A stretch of 14,182 nucleotides of DNA from contig NW_021825855.1 of the NCBI RefSeq assembly GCF_006345805.1, forward strand, positions 1 through 14,182. Direction: 5' to 3'. Shown in pieces: positions 1 to 7,376 of the stretch (its first letter is position 1; each line of letters opens with the position of its first letter). The notes below the pieces were generated by a model. It saw only the letters and a program-made list of their open reading frames with translations. It was not told the DNA's origin and searched no databases. The stretch comes from Octopus sinensis (taxonomy: Eukaryota). The translations under genes and the position numbers were made by a program.

Positions 1-1553
1 AGTGAAATGACTGAAACAGAGTAAAGAGAGTATATACAGGCACAGGAATGGCTGTGTGGAACCACATGGTTCCGGGTTCAGTACTGGGCTTACAAAAGAA
101 TAAGTCCTGGAGTCGAGTTGCTCGATTAAAGGCGGTGCTCCAGCATGGCCGCAGTGAAATGACTGAAACAGAGTAAAGGGAGTATATACAGGCACAGGAA
201 TGGCTGTGTGGAACCACATGATTCCGGGTTCAGTACTGGGCTTACAAAAGAATAATTCCTGGAGTCGAGTTGCTCGATTAAAGGCGGTGCTGCAGCATGG
301 CCGCAGTGAAATGACTGAAACAGAGTAAAGAGAGTATATACAGGCACAGGAATGGCTGTGTGGAACCACATGGTTCCGGGTTCAGTACTGGGCTTACAAA
401 AGAATAAGTCCTGGAGTCGAGTTGCTCGATTAAAGGCGGTGCTCCAGCATGGCCGCAGTGAAATGACTGAAACAGAGTAAAGAGAGTATATACAGGCACA
501 GGAATGGCTGTGTGGAACCACATGGTTCCGGGTTCAGTACTGGGCTTACAAAAGAATAAGTCCTGGAGTCGAGTTGCTCGATTAAAGGCGGGGCTGCAGT
601 ATGGCCGCAGTGAAATGACTGAAACAGAGTAAAGAGAGGATATACAGGCACAGGAATGGCTGTGTGGAACCACATGGTTCCGGTTTCAGTACTGGGCTTA
701 CAAAAGAATAAGTCCTGGAGTCGAGTTGCTTGATTAAAGGCGGTGCTCCAGCATGGCCGCAGTGAAATGACTGAAACAGAGTAAAGAGAGTATATACAGG
801 CACAGGAATGGCTGTGTGGAACCACATGGTTCCGGGTTCAGTACAGGGCTTACAAAAGAATAAGTCCTGGAGTCGAGTTGCTCGATTAAAGTCGGTGCTC
901 CAGCATGGCCGCAGTGAAATGACTGAAACAGAGTAAAGGGAGTATATACAGGCACAGGAATGGCTGTGTGGAACCACATGGTTCCGGGTTCAGTACTGGG
1001 CTTACAAAAGAATAAGTCCTGGAATCGAGTTGCTCGATTAAAGGCGGTGCTCCAGCATGGCCGCAGTGAAATGACTGAAACAGAGTAAAGAGAGTATATA
1101 CAGGCACAGGAATGGCTGTGTGGAACCACATGGTTCCGGGTTCAGTACTGGGCTTACAAAAGAATAAGTCCTGGAGTCGAGCTGCTCGATTAAAGGCGGT
1201 GCTCCAGCATGGCCGCAGTGAAATGACTGAAACAGAGTAAAGAGAGTACATACAGGCACAGGAATGGCTGTGTGGAACCACATGATTCCGGGTTCAGTAC
1301 TGGGCTTACAAAAGAATAAGTCCTGGAGTCGAGTTGCTCGATTAAAGGCGGTGCTCCAGCATGGCCGCAGTGAAATGACTGAAACAGAGTAAAGAGAGTA
1401 TATACAGGCACAGGAATGGCTGTGTGGAACCACATGGTTCCGGGTTCAGTACTGGGCTTACAAAAGAATAAGTCCTGGAGTCGAGTTGCTCGATTAAAGG
1501 CGGTGCTGCAGCATGGCCGCAGTCAAATGCCTGAAACAAGTAAAAGAGTAAAA
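1..1553 (+). repeat. 152-bp tandem satellite, left array (~10 monomers, runs off window start), SINE-derived
   Basis: Monomer GGCACAGGAATGGCTGTGTGGAACCACATGGTTCCGGGTTCAGTACTGGGCTTACAAAAGAATAAGTCCTGGAGTCGAGTTGCTCGATTAAAGGCGGTGCTCCAGCATGGCCGCAGTGAAATGACTGAAACAGAGTAAAGAGAGTATATACA recurs with 152-bp period (spurious ORFs step by 152: 521, 673, 825, 977...). Both halves match the head and tail of SINE copies at 3833-4248 and 5340-5825. Confidence 0.97.
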
Positions 1554-1695
1554 TTTTGTGTTTTGGTGATCTCTCTTACTTTCTCTTACTTGGACAAAAT
1601 AATGGAAACACCTAGCATCATAATTTTGAAATATCTATAAAAGTTTCAAAAGCTTGTTTATTTTTATGTTTTTTGATTTATTATTTGTGTTGCTT

Positions 1696-1755
1696 AATAT
1701 ATTTTGCTAAAATATAATTCGTTAAAATATATTTTGCTAAAATATAATTCGTTAA
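1696..1755. repeat. Perfect 30-bp tandem duplication immediately upstream of the Tc1 ATG
   Basis: AATATATTTTGCTAAAATATAATTCGTTAA at 1696-1725 and 1726-1755. Confidence 0.9.
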
Positions 1756-1756
1756 A

Positions 1757-2130
1757 ATGACAGATCTATCGGACTTTCAAAGAGGTGAAATTGTTGGTGC
1801 CCGTATGGCAGGTGCTAGCGTAACAAAAACAGCTGAATTGTTGGGTGTATCAAGAAGTACTGTCTCGAAAGTAATGACAGCCCTTAAGAAAGAAGGGAAA
1901 ACCTCCTCGTCGAAACAAAACTCCGGAAGAAAATCAAAACTTTCAGATAAGGACCGTCAGACCCTTAGCAAATTGTTAGAAATGATCACAAAAGTACAGC
2001 TCCCAAATTTACTGCAGAGCTTAATGACTACCTTCGAGAACCCAGTTTCCACAAAAACTGTTCGCCGGGAGCTGCACAAAGCCGGATTTCATGGGACGTC
2101 TGCAATCAGAGAACCACTACTTTCAAAAAC
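1757..2130 (+). pseudogene. Tc1/mariner transposase remnant (N-terminal paired-like HTH DNA-binding region only; DDE domain missing)
   Basis: MTDLSDFQRGEIVGARMAGASVTKTAELLGVSRSTVSKV...NSGRKSKLSDKDRQTL resembles a Tc1 HTH plus GRPR-like linker; VSTKTVRRELHKAGF is the second HTH. An alternative frame at ~1970-2035 reads QIVRNDHKSTAPKFTAELNDYL, which fits Tc1 better and implies compensating frameshifts. GGACAAAATAATGGAAACACC (~1592-1612) may be a left TIR remnant. Confidence 0.85.
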
Positions 2131-2204
2131 AATGGAATGGAGGGGGCCACCTGAATAAGGGAATAAAAAGGGATCCATGGATAAAAAATGGTTGAAAACT
2201 CTTG
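2131..2204. mobile_element. Probable right-end fragment of a hAT-type MITE truncating the Tc1 remnant
   Basis: GGGATCCATGGATAAAAAATGGTTGAAAACTCTTG resembles the right end of the complete MITE at 2298-2516 (AAAAAGTTTGAAAAGCACTG). No partner end or TSD seen. Confidence 0.4.
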
Positions 2205-2206
2205 GT

Positions 2207-2608
2207 TTAAGAGGACACAAACATATTTATACAGGAGAGAAACTACATCATTGTAATATCTGTGGTTAAATCATTCTCACAAAATATTCACTTAACTCAG
2301 TGGTTTTTAACCAGGGTTCCGCGGAACCCTAAGGTTCTGCCAGTACAGTTCAGGGGTTCCGCAAGAAGTTACAAAACTGCTAAAATCGGCAGTAATTTTT
2401 AATTCTCCTGTGCAGATATGTGTGCATAAGACTATTAAATTATTGCACAGGGGTTCCTCGAGCCAGTGGAATGTTTCCTTGGGGTTCCGCTCCAGCAAAA
2501 AGTTTGAAAAGCACTGACTTAACTATTCATATGGGAGAGCAACCCTATCACTGTGAGATCTGTAATAGATCCTTCTCTGAAAGACTTCACTTCATTGCAC
2601 ACACTCAT
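2207..2608 (+). pseudogene. Degenerate tandem C2H2 zinc-finger array, interrupted by a hAT MITE
   Basis: 2207-2297 translates LRGHKHIYTGEKLHHCNICG (frameshift) KSFSQNIHLT; after the MITE, 2525-2608 reads IHMGEQPYHCEICNRSFSERLHFIAHTH. These are HTGEKP-like linkers with CxxC...H spacing. Confidence 0.8.
2298..2516. mobile_element. Non-autonomous hAT (Charlie/Buster-type) MITE, 219 bp
   Basis: Termini CAGTGGTTTTTAA and TTGAAAAGCACTG (11/13 inverted match). Perfect 8-bp TSD ACTTAACT at 2290-2297 and 2517-2524, with central TA as in the Buster nnnTAnnn preference. Subterminal GGGTTCC repeats. Confidence 0.92.
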
Positions 2609-2809
2609 GTATTCTTAAAGAGAGAATTCAGGGATCTTTTCGGTTTGAACGGCAGTTTTTTCTAGCGGCGTCATATGAAATTGTCACCCATAATTATGAC
2701 CCTAGAATTGATCTATTGCATTTCAATCTCTTTTAGGGTTATGGGTGGGAGGAAGTGTATCTTTTTTTCTTCACAAATGTAAATAAACCCAATCTGTTTC
2801 TTAACCCAA

Positions 2810-3120
2810 CTTTCTTTTATGTATTGTCTCGTGTGGCATGGGCTAAATAGTAGGTATTGTTTAGTGTCTGTGGTCTTGTAAAATATGTCCGTTTCTACTT
2901 TCTGTATATTTTTTAAACCTACTTGTCTAGGAATGGGAGTTCTTCTTGGTTGTGATCCATCATAAATTGTATGTTGGTGTTAATGCTATTAAGGAGATTT
3001 TTGAACTCCAAGAATTTATCTGATTTCATTCCAGAAGATGAAGCAGTTATCCAAAAATCTCATCCAATTTTCTGTTATGTATTGGCAGAGGGGTGTTCCG
3101 AATTTTGAAAATGACTCCTG
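2810..3120 (-). mobile_element. Penelope-like retroelement reverse-transcriptase fragment (frameshifted; not in ORF track)
   Basis: Manual minus-strand translation: YITENWMRFLDNCFIFWNE (decayed YxDD at 3046-3057), DKFLEFKNLLNSINTNIQFMMDHNQEELPFLD (LPFLD at 2925-2939), then KVETDIFYKTTDTKQYLLFSPCH. This is the motif order of the PLE RT palm/thumb. Confidence 0.85.
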
Positions 3121-3591
3121 ATATGTTAAATTACCTACCAGAAAAGATCAGGAAAGAAACACTCATGGCCTCATTTGATGTGATAGACTTCAAATGACAC
3201 AATTATACACAACTCTGTCTATTATGCTACTAATAATACACATACTACACCAACACAGTTTTACAGTAAATGAATTGAATGAGATTAAATTACAGGTCAA
3301 AAGCAATTTTCAAAAGATTGAAAATGCAGGTCAAAAATACAGGTCAAGGAAATAAACCACAAATCAAAAGTCGTAGACACATACAAAGCTTTAATCCTGC
3401 TGCTCATAACACAAATTGTGGATCTTTTCGGTTTGAACGGCAGTTTTTTCTAGCGGTGTCATATGAAATTGTCACCCATAATTATGACCCTAGTATCGAT
3501 CTATTGCATTTCAATCTGTTTTAGGGTTAGAGGTGGGAGAAGGGTATCTTTTTTTCATCACAAATGTAAATAAACCCAATCTGTTTCTTAA

Positions 3592-3810
3592 CCCTTTTGT
3601 ATTTAAACCGGCCATATCCGGCCAAAATATTTAATCTGTTTTATGTTCAAACTGACCAGATCCAGGCTCTCACACCTACCCTACAATGTTATTCTACATT
3701 AAGTAATTACACCATCAAGATCTTGAAGATATGAGATAATGCAGGATTAATTCAAATCAATGGGAATCAATAAGCACTATGTTTGATTGAATAATCGGAA
3801 CACTAAAGGG
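3592..3810. mobile_element. piggyBac-type non-autonomous MITE, 219 bp
   Basis: TTAA at 3588-3591 and 3811-3814. Termini CCCTTTTGTATT and AACACTAAAGGG (10/12 inverted). The empty site with a single TTAA is visible in host-MITE copy 3 (~8348). Confidence 0.88.
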
Positions 3811-3832
3811 TTAAACGAGGGACATATTCATA

Positions 3833-4248
3833 CTCTCTTTTACTCTTTTACTCTTTTACTTGTTTCAGTCATTTGACTGCGGCCATGTTGGAGCACCGCC
3901 TTTAGTCGATCAAGTCGACCCCGGAACTTATTCTTTGTAAGCCCAGTACTTATTCTATTGGTCTCTTTTGCCGAACCGCTAAGTGGCGGGGACGTAGACA
4001 CACCAGCATCGGTTGTCAAGCAATGCTAGGGGGACAAACACAGACACACAAACAACACACACATATATATATATATATACATATATACGACAGGCTTCTT
4101 TCAGTTTCCGTCTACCAAATCCACTCACAAGGCATTGGTCGGCCCGGGGCTATAGCAGAAGACACTTGCCCAAGATGCCACGCAGTGGGACTGAACCCGC
4201 AACCATGTGGTTGGTTAGCAAGCTACTTACCACACAGCCACTCCTGCG
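3833..4248 (-). mobile_element. Full-length tRNA-derived SINE (CORE-like; resembles octopus SINEs)
   Basis: Minus strand: A-box-like TGGCTGTGTGG, B-box-like GGTTCAGTCCC, CORE-like CTTGGGCAAGT, internal (TA)n/(TG)n, and 3' tail AAGGCGGTGCTCC...GACTGAAACAAGT(AAAAGAGT)n. Four other copies occur in the window. Confidence 0.9.
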
Positions 4249-4662
4249 GCACAGAATGTTTTTTTTTACCTCAATAGACGTCATTGATTGGTTGAAATTG
4301 CAGAAATTGAAGGAAAAAAAACGAATATCTAGCAAACTATAGAATTTTCTCAATAAAGCCAAGAGAAAAAGATGTTTTATAAACACATTCTACCAGTATA
4401 CGAAGTTTAAAAGTGTTTAGTTACGTGGAAATTATTTAAAAAAACTGCCGGTCAAACCGAAAAGGTCCAAACGAGGGACATATTCATACGGCACGGAATG
4501 TTTTTTACCTCAATAGACGTCACTGATTGGTTGAAATGGCAGAAATTGAAGAAAAAAACAAAGAATATCTTACAAACTATAGAATTTTCTCAATAAAGCC
4601 AAGAGAAAAAGATGTTTTATCAACACATTCTACCAGTATACGAAGTTTAAAATTTTTAGTTA

Positions 4663-5004
4663 CTCTCTTTTTCTCTTTTACTCTTTTACTTGTTTCAGTC
4701 ATTTGACTGCGGCCATCCTGGAGCACCGCCTTTAGTCGAGCAAATCGATCCCGGGACTTATTCTTTGTAAGCCTAGTACTTATTCTATCGGTCTCTTTTG
4801 CCGAACCGCTAAGTAACGGGGACGTAAACACACCAGCATCGGTTGTCAAGCAATGCTAGGGGGACAAACACAGACACACATACACACATATATATATATA
4901 TACATATATACGACGGGCTTCTTTCAGTTTCCGCCTACCAAATCCACTCACAAGGCTTTGGTCGGCCCGAGGCAATAGTAGAAGGCACTTGCCCAAGGTG
5001 CCAC
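4663..5004 (-). mobile_element. 5'-truncated SINE copy inserted in MITE copy 1
   Basis: Same tail and body as 3833-4248; ends at CCCAAGGTGCCAC and lacks the tRNA head. Host MITE resumes as TAGAAATTATGTTAAAAACTG. Confidence 0.88.
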
Positions 5005-5339
5005 CTAGAAATTATGTTAAAAACTGCTGTTCAAACCGAAAAATCCGAATTCAGTATAACTCATAATTATAGTAAATCGTCTCCTCCTCACAATTCAATT
5101 CAACTAGACACATATCCACAACAGATATAGACATGATTTAACATCCAACTTCCCTAGGTTGGGTAAAGAACTTCATGAGCATGGTTTCCTCAGCTGAACA
5201 CCTTTGTCGATGCCATCCAACTTACAGGGGGTACCAGGTATTTTTTTTATTAACCCAGCACTAGTTGGGTGGCCAAGTATCCTGCAAGACAGTGAAAATG
5301 TACCCCCTACTCTGTGGGTTGTATAATTGATATAAAGTC

Positions 5340-5564
5340 TCCTTTCTCTTTCTCTTTCTTCTCTTTTTCACTTGTTTCAGTCATTTTGACTGCCACCATG
5401 CTGGAGCACCGCCTTTAATCGAGCAACTCGACCCCGGGACTTATTCTTTGTAAGCCCAGTACTTATTCTATCGGTCTCTTTTGCTGAACCGCTGAGTGAT
5501 GGGGACATAAACACACCAGCATCAGTTGTCAAGCAATGCTAGGGGGACAAACACACTCACACAA

Positions 5565-5660
<96 letters not shown>

Positions 5661-5825
5661 TACGATGGGCTTCTTTCAGTTTCCGTCTACCAAATCCACT
5701 CACAAGGCATTGGTCGGCCCGGGGCTATAGCAGAAGACACTTGCGCAAGCTGTCACGCAGTGGGACTGAACCCAGAACCATGTGGTTGGTAAACAAGCTA
5801 CTTACCACACAGCCACTCCTGCACC
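5340..5825 (-). mobile_element. Full-length SINE copy with expanded internal (CA)n(TA)n
   Basis: Tail ~5340-5550, microsatellite ~5566-5662, head to CACAGCCACTCCTGCACC at 5825. Confidence 0.9.
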
Positions 5826-5876
<51 letters not shown>

Positions 5877-5907
5877 ATATACATATATATATACATATAT
5901 ATATATT

Positions 5908-5969
<62 letters not shown>

Positions 5970-5975
5970 TACTAT

Positions 5976-6009
<34 letters not shown>

Positions 6010-6038
6010 ATATATATCATATATATATATATATATAT
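5826..6038. repeat. Compound (TA)n/(CA)n microsatellite
   Basis: About 210 bp of nearly pure TA with CA interruptions. Confidence 0.97.
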
Positions 6039-6174
6039 ACGATGGGCTTCTTTCAGTTTCCTTCTACCAAATCAACTCACAAGGCTTTGGTCGGCCCAAG
6101 GTGCCACGCAGTGGGACTGAACCCAGAACCATGTGGTTGGTAAACAAGCTACTTACCACACAGCCACTCCTGCG
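6039..6174 (-). mobile_element. SINE 5' half with a small internal deletion
   Basis: Matches ~5661-5822 but reads TCGGCCCAAGGTGCC, a deletion between two GCCC motifs. No tail of its own. Confidence 0.85.
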
Positions 6175-6354
6175 ACTATATTTCTTGATTTATTTTTTAA
6201 AAATTAATTAAAAATTATGATTAATAAAAAAAGTTATTCAAAAAGTAATAATTGTTTCATTCTTTTGTGTTGTTACTGTTTTTGTTTTTTTTAATTAGAA
6301 ATCTTTAAGAAGTTTAACGAAGATGATTTACAGAAATGATAAAGAACAAGAATT

Positions 6355-6508
6355 CATCGTCACCATATAACTTCTGTTTTCCATGCTGGCATGGGTTGGA
6401 CAGTTTAACAGAAACTGGTACGGCTGGGAACCAAATCAACCACCATAGTATGTTTTGACAATGCCTTTCCTAATGCCAACCACTTTGCAGAGTGTACTGA
6501 ATGTTTTT
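6355..6508 (-). mobile_element. Decayed fragment of a second dispersed repeat (probable SINE 3' part)
   Basis: CATCGTCACCAT...TTTTCCATGCTGGCATGGGTTGGAC...ATGCCTTTCCTAATGCCAACC resembles, from memory, an abundant invertebrate repeat with a (GAT)n tail. No independent copy in the window. Confidence 0.4.
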
Positions 6509-6509
6509 A

Positions 6510-6765
6510 TCAACCAAACGCATACCCTCCATCAGACACCTACCATACTCCGAACGCCTTGTTTCCCTGGGCATGGATTCACTGAAGCTCCGGCGTCTGG
6601 CGACGGACTTGGTAAACACCCACAAAGTTATCAACCACCTCACCAACAACAACACTGAACACCTTTTTGATCTCCATGTGTCCAACACACGTGGACATGC
6701 CTACAAAGTCAGAAAACAACACAGCTCCCATGACTTTCGGAAACATTTTTTCACACTCAGAGTTG
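6510..6765 (+). mobile_element. CR1-group LINE ORF2 C-terminal fragment
   Basis: TKRIPSIRHLPYSERLVSLGMDSLKLRRLATDL...NTRGHAYKV...RKHFFTLRV matches the CR1 C-terminal pattern (Y-ERL--L-L-SL--RR---D, TRGH--KL, FF--RV). Confidence 0.85.
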
Positions 6766-6873
6766 CCAACCACTTTACAGAATGTACTGAATGCTTTTAT
6801 CAACCAAACGCATACCCTCCATCAGAGACCTACCATACTCTGAGCGCCTTGTTTCCCTGGGCATGGATTCACT
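6764..6873 (+). repeat. 110-bp direct repeat of 6474-6583 (290-bp offset)
   Basis: TGCCAACCACTTT...CCCTGGGCATGGATTCACT occurs twice with a few substitutions. Confidence 0.92.
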
Positions 6874-7074
6874 AAAAAATTATAAGTATTATAAATTTTT
6901 AACTTTAAATTTAAATAATTTAAATTTTGAATTTTATATTTTATTTTTTTTGTATATTATATTAATTAATTTTATTTCTATGTTTTGGTTTATGTTTTTC
7001 ACTGTTTGATTTGCCTAATATTGGTTTTATCTCTAATCTAATTTTTACATATATATATATAATATATATATATA

Positions 7075-7374
7075 TATAGCCTCGGGCCGACCAAAGCCTT
7101 TTGAGTGAATTTAGTAGACGGAAACTGAAAGAAGCCCGTCGTATATATCTGTGTGTGTGTTGGTGTGTCTGTGTTTGTTCCTCCCCCCCCCCACAACATC
7201 GCTTGACAACCGATGGTGATGTGTTTACGTCTCTGTACATCAGCGGTTCGGCAAAAAGAGACCGATAGAATAAGTACTAGGCTTACAAAGAATAAGTCCT
7301 GGGGTCAATTTGTTCGACTAAAGGCGGTGCTCCAGCATGGCTGCAGTCAAATGACTGAAACAAGTAAAAGAGTA
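7075..7374 (+). mobile_element. 5'-truncated SINE copy on + strand, preceded by (TA)n
   Basis: TATAGCCTCGGGCCGACCAAAGCC...AAGGCGGTGCTCCAGCATGGCTGCAGTCAAATGACTGAAACAAGTAAAAGAGTA. Confidence 0.88.
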
Positions 7375-7376
7375 TA

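Larger units (their letters stand above)
3420..4468. mobile_element. GG-terminal MITE copy 2 (both TIRs; ~410 bp after removing inserts)
   Basis: 30-bp TIRs GGATCTTTTCGGTTTGAACGGCAGTTTTTT and AAAAAACTGCCGGTCAAACCGAAAAGGTCC (28/30). Interrupted by a TTAA MITE and a SINE. No TSD (flanks CAAATTGT and AAACGAGG). Confidence 0.88.
2632..5046. mobile_element. GG-terminal MITE copy 1 (Merlin-like), split into 2632-2804, 4469-4663 and ~5005-5046 by nested inserts
   Basis: Left TIR GGATCTTTTCGGTTTGAACGGCAGTTTTT; right TIR AAAAACTGCTGTTCAAACCGAAAAATCC. 8-bp TSD GAATTCAG at 2624-2631 and 5047-5054. The pieces join into the contiguous sequence of copy 3 (CTGTTTCTTAAACGAGGGACATATTC). The Merlin assignment is inferred from GG termini plus 8-bp TSD. 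Confidence 0.85.

Noticed and set aside
38-189. Hammerhead ribozyme or retrozyme in the satellite monomer
   Set aside because: GAAA and CTGA occur, but no CTGANGA core was found on either strand. An Infernal/Rfam scan would be needed to exclude other ribozyme classes.
3293-3347. Three CAGGTCAA motifs resembling nuclear-receptor half-sites
   Set aside because: Non-canonical spacing and no supporting context; more simply explained as a short decayed repeat.
2298-3810. The hAT MITE and the TTAA MITE are both 219 bp
   Set aside because: Different termini, TSDs and interiors; treated as coincidence.
4175-4248. tRNA gene
   Set aside because: A and B boxes are present, but it is the head of a SINE continuous with body and tail; no convincing cloverleaf.
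4401-4425. MITE segment CGAAGTTTAAAAGTGTTTAGT as the seed of the minisatellite spacer (CGAAAGTGTGAGT)
   Set aside because: The similarity is too short and gapped to separate from chance, and it does not explain the TGCGCATGCG core.
4013-7240. ORFs with YIYIYI or THTHTH runs
   Set aside because: They are translations of SINE bodies and dinucleotide microsatellites.
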